Assembly: GCA_965261545.1 (NCBI GenBank)
Contig: CBDHDF010000007.1
Span: forward strand, 480,001 to 544,000
Origin: Bdellovibrionales bacterium
GTDB taxonomy: Bacteria; Bdellovibrionota; Bdellovibrionia; Bdellovibrionales; UBA1609
Length of the DNA: 64,000 bases
Direction of reading: 5' to 3'
The notes under the pieces are model-generated. The model did no database searches. It was not told the DNA's origin and saw only the letters and a program-made list of their open reading frames with translations. Shown here piece after piece: positions 21,559 through 30,834 of this stretch (its first letter is position 1; every line of letters starts with the position of its first letter). The translations under genes and the position numbers were made by a program.

Positions 21559-23241
21559 TCACCCATTTTCTATGCACCGCAAAGGAGTCCTCTTTGTATC
21601 ATGGGGGAATTCCACAGGGGGATAGACCTTCACCCCCTCCATGCTAGAAACCCTATACCCATGAACGACAGGAGTTCCATAGCGCCTGCGAAACTCCATC
21701 CCTTTCATCATCTTGTAGTTCATTATAGGAGTTCCCATCCACTGCTTGGGAAACACCACCAAAGACCTCCCTAAAACTTCTTCACCTTGAACCGCCCTTC
21801 GTTGAACAGTGAGGTCACTGGCCCACACCCACATGCCTTGCTCCCTCTTAACGTAAGAGCCCATGGAGTGAGATATTTCCTTTGAACAATAAAGTCGAGG
21901 AATATTCACCCATATTCTAAGACTTACAGTTTGATGGGGTGGAAGCTTTATGAAAAAGCCATGCTCTTTCCTCTTACCACGACCATCCTCTTTTTTCTTC
22001 ACCAGTCTCTCCACCAAAAAAACAGGATCCCATTGAAATTCAGCCTCTTTAATGAAGTCCGCCACGGGAGTAACTCCATTGACTTTAGCAGCCTCAATGG
22101 GCCAGTAGTGGACAGAGTGAGGGTAAGAAGAAGTCGACGTAGCAGAGGACGTCGCCGCAGGAGAAGTGTCCGGGACCCACAAGTGAAGGGGCACAGGGTG
22201 AGGGTTGTGTATGTGAAGAGCCTGCACAGGCACTCTTTGAGCCACCCCGGGTCGATACCCATGGGGAACCAAGGGCTGCTGACTGATCTCTGCTTGTAAA
22301 ACGGGAAACTCAAGCTTGAAATTCTTTGAAAGAAATTTCACATAAGAAACATTCCCATGGAGCCCCTTGCTCTCCTTGCCCTCCTCCCGTTTCTCAGCCA
22401 CCACAAATCGACACTCTCTTTGAGGCTCGCTCAGAAGTTCTATCAAAAAATGCTCTCCATACTTGGAGGCCAAAAGGGACGGAATATCTTCTTCTATAAA
22501 TTCTAGGGGAAGGGGGGAGATTTGAAAGGCTTCACAAAAGAGATAAGACCGCCAGAGGTCTGTTTTTCTGATATTTTCAAAGATTTTTGCAAAACCGCTT
22601 ATTTTTATGATTTCGCCCAACTTTGGCTCTGATACAAAAACAGGTATTTGAGAAGGCTGCATAGACTCATAAATATCAGAGGATCCGAAAATCGAAATCT
22701 CTCTAAAATCAAAAGAATGTTTGACCCCATCTTTATTTTCAACAGTAAAGTCCATATTACAAACCATGAGCAGTTTCTCGTCTTGACCAAGGGGGAGGTG
22801 AATATCCTTGTACATTTGACGTGGAATAAGCTCCCAAAAGTTCAACCACGGTCTAAGTTCTCTCACCCAAGACTCTTCCACAGGCTGTAGGTGGGGATCA
22901 TTGCTTCTTCTCTTCCACAAAAGTCTCTTTGCACCACCACGGCCCATGGAAGATTTACCATCTCTCCACTCCTTGATAGAACCCACAGAATTTATAGAAT
23001 CCACAGAGTGGTCAAGCCTTCCCAGACCCAATTTGGCACTTTGCTCCCTTGTGTAACATGAACTTTTTATAGCCAAGATGGCTTTGGCGGGGATTTCTAA
23101 AAACCTTATTCCATAGGTTATCTTGAGAGGAGGAGTGGCGGCTTCATTAAAGGTTTTGACAGGCCAACTCTGACTTTGATCTTTGTGGGTGAACACCTGA
23201 GGCTCCTTACTTGAATTCGTGGCCATTTTTATACACAACAT
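21559..23241 (-). CDS. Hypothetical protein (N-terminus possibly clipped by the adjacent IS)
   Basis: 560-aa ORF, no motif recognised. Confidence 0.6.
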   Translation of the reverse strand: MLCIKMATNSSKEPQVFTHKDQSQSWPVKTFNEAATPPLKITYGIRFLEIPAKAILAIKSSCYTREQSAKLGLGRLDHSVDSINSVGSIKEWRDGKSSMGRGGAKRLLWKRRSNDPHLQPVEESWVRELRPWLNFWELIPRQMYKDIHLPLGQDEKLLMVCNMDFTVENKDGVKHSFDFREISIFGSSDIYESMQPSQIPVFVSEPKLGEIIKISGFAKIFENIRKTDLWRSYLFCEAFQISPLPLEFIEEDIPSLLASKYGEHFLIELLSEPQRECRFVVAEKREEGKESKGLHGNVSYVKFLSKNFKLEFPVLQAEISQQPLVPHGYRPGVAQRVPVQALHIHNPHPVPLHLWVPDTSPAATSSATSTSSYPHSVHYWPIEAAKVNGVTPVADFIKEAEFQWDPVFLVERLVKKKEDGRGKRKEHGFFIKLPPHQTVSLRIWVNIPRLYCSKEISHSMGSYVKREQGMWVWASDLTVQRRAVQGEEVLGRSLVVFPKQWMGTPIMNYKMMKGMEFRRRYGTPVVHGYRVSSMEGVKVYPPVEFPHDTKRTPLRCIENG

Positions 23242-24522
23242 TTATAGACTATCTTTATATTTTTTCATAACATGCCCTTCTCCTTCTGAAAAATCATTAT
23301 TTTTTTAGAAAATTCTCATAAATTACTATTGCCTCCCTTTATTTTGTTGTGTATAAATTATACACAACACTAGTGAGAGGGGAAATATGAGTTACATCAG
23401 AAAAATAAAAAAAATGGAAAAACATATTTAGCAGAAGTAGAAGGTAAGAGAATTAATGGAAAAGTAGTACAGAAACATATTCGTTACATTGGGAAAGAGG
23501 TAGATGAAAAAAAGGTAATATCGATATCATCTGATGACCTTCAAGTCAATGAGGTGAAAGTATATGGACCATTATTGGTTTTAGATAGTATTTCTAAAAA
23601 ATTAGAACTACAAAATATGTTGGGGTCTTACTCTAATGAAATATTAAGTATGGTATATGCCCACTGTCTAAACTATCAGAGCCTAAATAATATGCCTGAA
23701 TGGTTTGAGAGAACAGATTTAAATAATATATTGGATTTAGATGGTTTAACAGAATATCGGTTGCTAACATCTCTAGATACTTTAACTGAAAGTAAGATAG
23801 AGTCTATTCAGAGGAATGTATTTAATGTTGCCAAAAGAAAATATAAGCTGTCTTTGCGAGGAATGGTGTATGATGTTACTAATACATATTTATATGGGAA
23901 AAAATGCACAATAGGAAAGCTAGGTCATAGCAAAGAAGGAAAAAAAGATAAACCGCTTATTCAAGTAGGTCTATGTGTAACTCAGAAAGAAGGGGTTCCT
24001 GTTTTCCACAAGACATTTGATGGAAATATTGCCGACAGCAAAACCCTATCTGGCAGATTTAAATAATATATTGGATTTAGATGGTTTAACTTGTACAAGA
24101 ATTCTCTCACTATAATCTCCGCTCAGGTCTTCTTGTGTATGATAGAGGAATTCCTTCTGGAGAAAACCTAAGAGAGGTCAAGAAATTGGGGTGGAACACG
24201 CTATGTGGAGTTCCAATGAACAGTAAAGAAAAAAGCACAGTCCGAGAGGTTATAAATGATGGTGGGATAAAAAATGTTTCAAATATGATCCCATTAGAGA
24301 AAAGAGTATTCTCATAGGTGTTCGTGGTTTTTTTCTAATTTTAATTCCGAATTAATGGAAATACTTTTCAAGCCTCCTTTTTTACATAGAGGGAAGTGGG
24401 CGATTTATAAATATTTATAGATGGTATTTTGAGAAATGGACGCAGATTGACATTTGATATCCACGACAAGCCATGTGTTTTAAGAGACTTAATTGTGTAA
24501 CGAAAGAACTGTGGACTTTTGG

Positions 24523-26410
24523 GAGCCTGTAAACTATTTTGTGTAACTGCCGAATCATATTAGGATGAACTATCATCCTGAAAGGAGAAGGCAGAATGGA
24601 TATCAAGACAATAGGCAAGGAACTAGCGAAGAACGTCAAGACCCAAAAGGATTTATCCGACATAACGGGTCAACTGATGAAGGTTGTTTTAGAGACGGCC
24701 CTTAATGCGGAAATGGACGATCACCTAGGTTATGAGAGGCATGAGAAGTCTGAGACCCGCAAATCCAACACTCGCAATGGTTACAGTAGAAAGACCATAA
24801 AGGGAGAGAAAGGCGAGGTGGAGCTTCAGGTCCCCCGTGACCGAAGTGCCTCCTTTGAACCTCAAGTCATTCCCAAGGGTAAGACTCGTCTTGAGGGCTT
24901 TGAAGACAGTATCCTGACCCTCTATGCGAGGGGAATGACGACCAGGGATATTCAAGGAGCTATCAAAGACCTCTACCATGGTGCAGAGATATCCCACTCA
25001 GTGATAGCCAACGTGACGGATGCTGTTATTGATGAAGTTACGGCTTGGCAGAACCGCCCCTTGGATAGCACTTACCCTATCGTATTTTTGGACTGTATCG
25101 TGGTGAAGGTCCATCAAGACAAGAGAGTTATTAATAAGGCGATTTACCTAGCTCTTGGTATTACAGAGGAGGGTCAGAAAGACTTGTTGGGCCTATGGAT
25201 TTCTGAAAATGAGGGTTCAAAGTTTTGGTTGAGTGTTTTGACTGAGCTGCAAAATCGAGGGTTGAAAGATGTATTTATATTTTCTGTAGATGGTCTTACA
25301 GGTTTTCCTCAAGCCATTTCAGCGGCTTTTCCCAAGTCTAAAGTGCAACTGTGCATTGTCCATATGGTCCGCAATTCCCTTCGCTATGTTCCTTCCAAGG
25401 ATATGAAAGCTGTCGCCCAAGACCTCAAGTCCATTTATGGCTCTACGACTCTGACAGAAGCTGAAAAGGCCCTTGAGGAATTTTGTACCAAGTGGTCTTC
25501 AAAGTATCCTAATATTGAAAAGTCTTGGCGTAGGAATTGGGACAATCTCATCACTATTTTCGATTATCCGGATGAAATCAGAAAGATTTTTTATACCACA
25601 AACGCCATAGAGTCGTTAAATAGCGTGATCCGCAAGGCGATCAGAAATCGTAAGATATTTCCCAGTGATCGGTCGGCTTTAAAAGTTGTATATTTAGCGA
25701 TAAAAATGGCCTCTAAGCGATGGACACGACCATTACACAACTGGAAGCCAGCCATGAACAGGTTTGCCATTGAATACGGTGACCGTTTTGACAACTAAGT
25801 TTTTTAATAAGGTCCACCACCTGCCTTATAAGGGGGCTTAAAAGCCCCTCTAAGGCGTTGACAGAAGTACTGGAATACCGAGACTATGGTTAGGGTAATA
25901 TAGTATGGGAACCTAAATACATGCCCTCTTGGTGCAGATTTGGGTTTCCATTTTTTTTCATATTTCATCCCAATTCTGGTATTTCTCGAATATCCTAAGT
26001 TAAAAAAAATAAAAAAAAGGGGGTAATATAGTATGGGAACCTAAACACATGAACCCTTTGATGAGATTGGAATTTCCATTTTTTTGAGAGAGCCATTGCT
26101 GATTTTTTTTCAACCAAGATGATAATTATTTATTTGAGTTCTTTCCAGTTCTGATATGATCCCATTACGGCTCCATAATACAATCAAAAGTCCAGAGTAA
26201 CTAAAGAGGCCATTATATAGACCAGCGAAGATGTCCACCTCCCCATTAACTTATAATGCATTGTGACTGACAAAATCGCTTGAAGGAAAAAATGTCAATT
26301 ATACATTGACGAATAATATGGGACTGTGCTTTTTACCAGGAGTGGAGCCACATAAGTGGCTTTAAGATTTAAGAAAAAAATTGCAGTTACACAATTATTT
26401 TTACAGTCCC
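24523..26410 (+). mobile_element. IS256-family element, copy 1 (1.89 kb)
   Basis: Ends gagcctgtaaactattttgtgtaactgc / gcagttacacaattatttttacagtccc; 8-bp TSD acttttgg. Confidence 0.95.
24596..25798 (+). CDS. IS256 transposase
   Basis: RNGY, PRDR, VFLDC, QLCIVH, YTTNAIES. Confidence 0.97.
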   Translation: MDIKTIGKELAKNVKTQKDLSDITGQLMKVVLETALNAEMDDHLGYERHEKSETRKSNTRNGYSRKTIKGEKGEVELQVPRDRSASFEPQVIPKGKTRLEGFEDSILTLYARGMTTRDIQGAIKDLYHGAEISHSVIANVTDAVIDEVTAWQNRPLDSTYPIVFLDCIVVKVHQDKRVINKAIYLALGITEEGQKDLLGLWISENEGSKFWLSVLTELQNRGLKDVFIFSVDGLTGFPQAISAAFPKSKVQLCIVHMVRNSLRYVPSKDMKAVAQDLKSIYGSTTLTEAEKALEEFCTKWSSKYPNIEKSWRRNWDNLITIFDYPDEIRKIFYTTNAIESLNSVIRKAIRNRKIFPSDRSALKVVYLAIKMASKRWTRPLHNWKPAMNRFAIEYGDRFDN

Positions 26411-26810
26411 ACTTTTGGGAACAACAGAATTTAAATTTCTTTCCACTTCCGCATGGACAGGATTGATTTCTTCCAATTTTTTCGCTTTGGTCATTTTTCT
26501 GCTGTGATGCAGACATATCTTCAGTTACAATTTTTTTTTGCTTTTCATCTTCCAAATCCTCATCCAAATTATCAAAAAGAATATCTCCTAGATTCTGGTG
26601 AAAGTAACGATTTTTAAATTGAGATATGAGCATCATAAAAATACATGTAAGAACCAAAAGTGTGAGTGAAGCAAAAAACAAAGAAGATGCTTGCATCTGA
26701 GTTAATGGGAGGATGAGTGCCAGTAAATAACCAAATCCAAATACCAATAAGGAAATAAGAAGAGATATAAAGGATCCCAAAGAAAGTAATATTAAAAGTC
26801 CAAAAATCAT
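26295..26810 (-). CDS. Membrane protein with C-terminal SEC-C motif (IS4 passenger; tail replaced by IS256 sequence)
   Basis: Hydrophobic N-terminus, KIGRNQSCPCGSGKKFKFCC; ATG 26810 with AGGAG RBS; original stop at 24489-24491. Confidence 0.8.
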   Translation of the reverse strand: MIFGLLILLSLGSFISLLISLLVFGFGYLLALILPLTQMQASSLFFASLTLLVLTCIFMMLISQFKNRYFHQNLGDILFDNLDEDLEDEKQKKIVTEDMSASQQKNDQSEKIGRNQSCPCGSGKKFKFCCSQKWDCKNNCVTAIFFLNLKATYVAPLLVKSTVPYYSSMYN

Positions 26811-26954
26811 TGCTATTTTTTGCTCCTGTCGAATACAATGAATCCGCATAGATACAAGTGAGTTATCTACAGACTTAATGATTCTCGCGTTAGTATCTTA
26901 ATAGGTCAAGATTAATTGGAGGAAATTTTTATTTTTTAAACGCAGGGGGCAAAT

Positions 26955-28199
26955 ATGAGCACGGAAGCTCAAACACTTAAAACGATCAAAAAATGTTTCA
27001 AGAAAGTTATTCCTGAAAAGGACTCTCGGGCAACCATTCCACCTCTTGAGTTTATTGTGGCTCTTGTCTTGTCATTCCAGGGAGACTCTAAGACATATTC
27101 AATAGAGGGAATTAGGAGGTTTATGATAAGTCATTTAGGATTAAGAATTGAAAGACACAGCTTCTGGGAAAGACTCTCTAGAAAAAGATTAAAAGAGCTT
27201 CTGAGTAAACTGGTTGAAATGCTCATGATAAAGCTATCTCATGGAGCTTTTCATGGGAGCAAAGCCATATTATTACAACTGGGAGTCTCAGACGTTCTTC
27301 TTGTTGACTCAAGCACAATAAGCCTTTGGGATGGAGCATCTGAGAATTTTCCAGGGACAAGAACAAACGCAGGAATTAAATGGCACGCTTGTTTCAGTTT
27401 ATTCAGTGGTATAATGACTTGGTTCGAATTAACTCCGTCTTCCACTAACGATAGGAAGTGCTTTCCTGATATAAAGGAACTCGTTGGAAAATTAGTCATC
27501 TTTGATTTGGGATATTGGGACTATGGCTTATTGTCATCTATTCATGAAGCTAAAGGATTTTTCTTGTCTAGAGTGAAGTCAAATGCCTCTATTCTTATTG
27601 ATGCTGTTGTTGAAGGTTTGCCAGATTACTATGTTGGAAAAGAGTTCTCTGATATTAAACTCAAGAAAAAAAACGATGTTGTTGAATTTATAGGCAGTGT
27701 CTTGTCCAATGGTAAATGGGTAAGTTTGAGAATTGTAGGCTTCTGGAATTCCTCCGAAAAACGCTATCATTGGTATTGCACGAATTTAGATGTGGCAGCG
27801 GAGTCCATATATCCAATTTATCGTTTACGTTGGCAATGTGAACTTATTTTCAAATCTTGTAAGAATTCTTTGAATGCAAATCAGATCACCTCAAACGATC
27901 AAAATATCATAGAGAGTCTTCTTCTTGCTTCATTAGCGGCTCACCTCACATCAAGTGTTGTTTTGAGGATAGGAAGAACTAAACTCAATAAGGAACAAAA
28001 TGACTCCACATCGTTTCAAAGAGTTGCTAAGGTTACCGTCTTATTAGCCTCTGATTTTATCAAATATCTCCTAAGCTCATCTCAAAAGTATTTAAATATT
28101 TTGATAGAGAAGATCAAGATATTCTCCCATGAAATTTATGACACAAACTACCGACGGCGAAAAACATCAATGAATATGGCTAAAAAGGTCTTGCTATGA
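26955..28199 (+). CDS. IS4-family transposase, intact
   Basis: LVDSSTISL, IFDLGY, YRLRWQCELIFK (YREK motif). Confidence 0.93.
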   Translation: MSTEAQTLKTIKKCFKKVIPEKDSRATIPPLEFIVALVLSFQGDSKTYSIEGIRRFMISHLGLRIERHSFWERLSRKRLKELLSKLVEMLMIKLSHGAFHGSKAILLQLGVSDVLLVDSSTISLWDGASENFPGTRTNAGIKWHACFSLFSGIMTWFELTPSSTNDRKCFPDIKELVGKLVIFDLGYWDYGLLSSIHEAKGFFLSRVKSNASILIDAVVEGLPDYYVGKEFSDIKLKKKNDVVEFIGSVLSNGKWVSLRIVGFWNSSEKRYHWYCTNLDVAAESIYPIYRLRWQCELIFKSCKNSLNANQITSNDQNIIESLLLASLAAHLTSSVVLRIGRTKLNKEQNDSTSFQRVAKVTVLLASDFIKYLLSSSQKYLNILIEKIKIFSHEIYDTNYRRRKTSMNMAKKVLL

Positions 28200-28608
28200 A
28201 AGAATAAAAAACCACGAACACCTATGAGAGTATTCTATATAAAAAAAGTAGACTATTCATTTAACAGAGTTAAAGGAAAGTTGGCTATTTGTTATAATGA
28301 TCGGAAAAGAGTTGAAATACAAGAGTCTCGTCATCGTGAGATACAGCATGCTCAAAAATCATTATCTAAAGGGAAACCTATTAAGGCATGTTTAGAAAAG
28401 TATTTTACCCCCTCAGGAAGGATAAGGAAAAATATATTGGAGAGTGACGAAGAGATTGATGGATATTTTTGCCTTTTCTGCACAAAAAATATTCAAAACA
28501 AAGAAATGATAAAACTATACTTTGATAAAGATATAGTAGAAAAATCTTTTCGTACTTTGAAGGGAGTATCTAATTTGCGTCCAGTACGTCATTGGCTTTC
28601 AAATAGAG

Positions 28609-29733
28609 TTACTTGCTGGGCAAATCACCTGGAACCCGTCCCTCACAAATCGCCTGAACTATTTTCAAATGATTGGGGTGCCCAATCATAGAAAGCGACT
28701 GAGACAAGTGAGGTGGGTCGACTTGAGTGAGTCGAAAGGACTTTAACTCCATAATACGAGAGTAAGACTCTGCAACCCTCTGAGCTAAGGTGGGGTCTGA
28801 ATCAACAGCCGAGCGAAGACTTTCAAGAGCCACTCGAGGACTCTCAGGCTTGTTGCAGTAAAGCAAAATATCACAACCCGCCTTTAAAGCTTGGATGGGA
28901 ATGTCCTCACCCTTATGGTGAAGGCTAAGGGCTCCCATGTCCAAATCATCACTGACAATAAGGCCCTTATATCGAAGCTCTTCTCGTATCAAATCTTGTA
29001 AGAAGAACTTTGAGAAAGTCACGGGAGACTTTTCATCTATATTTGGAAAATGAATGTGAGCCGTCATGATAAGATCAATTTTAGTGCGAACAATCTTTTT
29101 AAAAACAAGTAACTCTCGATTTCTCAAGGTTTCCAAGTCGGCAAGCTCCACAGGAAGTTCCTCGTGACTATCAACTGTCGTGTTGCCATGGCCAGGAAAA
29201 TGCTTGGCACAGGGTAAGATATCCGATTTAATATACCCGCGAGCGAGGGCAGAAGAAATTTTACTAACAACTTCCTGGGTGATCCCTGGAGAACGGTCTC
29301 CAATGACTTCATTGGCCTCGTTCATAAGAATATCGGCACAGGGGGCAAAATTGAGATTAATACCCACAGATTTGAGTTCTGCGCCCATACAACGGGCAAA
29401 ATTAAAAGCTAGCAAGGTCGAATCTAAATCAGCCATTTTCCGAACAGATGGCCAGGAAGTAAAAGGAGGCTGAAGCCTTTGAACTCTTCCACCCTCCATA
29501 TCAACACCTATAAAAAAGGGGGCCTTTTCTGGAAGTTGGTACCTTAAAGCTTGCAGTTGACTACAGATTTTATGAACTTGCTCTGGTGATTCACAATTTC
29601 TTGAAAATAAGATGACACCACCCACATTGTTTTGGATGATAAAGTCAACCTCTTCCTTAGTGAGTTCTGTGCCAGAAATTCCTATAATAAATAATTGACC
29701 TATTTTATTATCTTTATCTTTCATTGGGACCAC
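28609..29733 (-). CDS. nagZ: Beta-N-acetylhexosaminidase (GH3)
   Basis: GGVILF.RN, VDMEGGRVQR, KHFPGHGNTTVDSH, SDDLDM. Confidence 0.93.
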   Translation of the reverse strand: MVPMKDKDNKIGQLFIIGISGTELTKEEVDFIIQNNVGGVILFSRNCESPEQVHKICSQLQALRYQLPEKAPFFIGVDMEGGRVQRLQPPFTSWPSVRKMADLDSTLLAFNFARCMGAELKSVGINLNFAPCADILMNEANEVIGDRSPGITQEVVSKISSALARGYIKSDILPCAKHFPGHGNTTVDSHEELPVELADLETLRNRELLVFKKIVRTKIDLIMTAHIHFPNIDEKSPVTFSKFFLQDLIREELRYKGLIVSDDLDMGALSLHHKGEDIPIQALKAGCDILLYCNKPESPRVALESLRSAVDSDPTLAQRVAESYSRIMELKSFRLTQVDPPHLSQSLSMIGHPNHLKIVQAICEGRVPGDLPSK

Positions 29734-29821
29734 CTACGTTCGAGTTTGCTCATTCATTAAAATTATGTACTATAAGAAAGAGTTTGACAACATATCATTT
29801 TCCATGAATTTGCTAAGCCCT

Positions 29822-30829
29822 CTAACCCTTCTCATCAAGCTTATGAGACTTGTCAGACAACCGAGCTTTAGGACGAACGCGATGGATAGAACGAGGGTCG
29901 GCAAGGCGAGTGGGATAGGTGGAGCGTAATGGACGAGCATCACCTTGAGATCCTCCTGGCCCTAAAGGTTGAGCCGGTTGAGAGTGGGAGGACAAAGAGC
30001 GAGAGGGAGTCGTCGAGTGAGAAGGCATAAATTGTTGAGCGTAGACATTTTGCTGTCCTTTCGGTAGACCTCCAAAAAGAGCGGCGATTTTTTTATGGTT
30101 GATTTTATAACCCTGCTGAGTCACCCTTTCAAAATCGGTGATTTTTGTAGAAATCTTTTGCACAGGGGATTCTGTAGACAAAATATCACCTTTAGGACCT
30201 ACAATGCTTATAAAGTGAACTCCATTAAACTTGTTTATCAGCTTAAATGCCTTCAAACGACTTATATAGTAAAGGGATTTTTCAATATAAGCTTCACCAA
30301 GAACAACTTTGCCCTCCTCTTCAGAAATGGCAGAAAATGTAAACTTAACCCCCTTTCTGTACCCCTTGTTGAGCATAAGGTACCCTAAAAAGGTGCTAAG
30401 AAAGGCTCCCTCTGGAAGCCTCTCTTGAATCCTTTCCTTAACCCCTCCATCACTTCTATAACCAATCATCCTATTGTTTTTAAAGTAGGCAACGATTTTT
30501 TTTGTATGGCGAGGACCTTCGTCGGTATAGCGATAAGAAATGGGTCGAAAATCTTCCGTACACCTTGCTCGAAGCGTTTCTATGACTCCTCCTAAATTGG
30601 AAGAGGTTTGAATATAGTAGGTTGAAATCAGTTCTTTCTTCTGGAGATCATGTTCATACCTTTGAATAATAAAGCCCTCAGGCTTTGAGTCTGCAAAAAT
30701 CTGCGCATAACTCTCAAAAAGAGTGGCTCCTAGGGCTGGTGAGGTCACCATAAAAGCCATCGAAACTATAGAAACCATCAAAACTAAGACAAAAGCTATG
30801 AAGACCTTTAAAGCTTTGGTATGATACAT
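29822..30829 (-). CDS. Secreted hypothetical protein with low-complexity C-tail
   Basis: Long ORF with signal-peptide-like N-terminus. Confidence 0.7.
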   Translation of the reverse strand: MYHTKALKVFIAFVLVLMVSIVSMAFMVTSPALGATLFESYAQIFADSKPEGFIIQRYEHDLQKKELISTYYIQTSSNLGGVIETLRARCTEDFRPISYRYTDEGPRHTKKIVAYFKNNRMIGYRSDGGVKERIQERLPEGAFLSTFLGYLMLNKGYRKGVKFTFSAISEEEGKVVLGEAYIEKSLYYISRLKAFKLINKFNGVHFISIVGPKGDILSTESPVQKISTKITDFERVTQQGYKINHKKIAALFGGLPKGQQNVYAQQFMPSHSTTPSRSLSSHSQPAQPLGPGGSQGDARPLRSTYPTRLADPRSIHRVRPKARLSDKSHKLDEKG

Positions 30830-30834
30830 ATCTG

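Larger units (their letters stand above)
24313..28226 (+). mobile_element. IS4-family element with passenger gene, containing an IS256
   Basis: TIRs cataggtgttcgtggttttt / aaaaaccacgaacacctatg; 10-bp TSD agagtattct (24303-24312, 28227-28236). Confidence 0.92.
23387..28610 (+). pseudogene. IS1634-family transposase; frameshifted, interrupted by an IS4 element and 3'-truncated
   Basis: MSYIRKIKK/NGKTYLAEVE, YDVTNTY, GHSKEGK, DRG, IVEKSFRTLK, LRPVRHW; rejoins as EKRVFYIKK across the IS4 insertion. Confidence 0.85.

Noticed and set aside
23387..23430. Programmed frameshift in the IS1634 A-run
   Set aside because: The copy is otherwise degenerate; a homopolymer indel is the simpler explanation.
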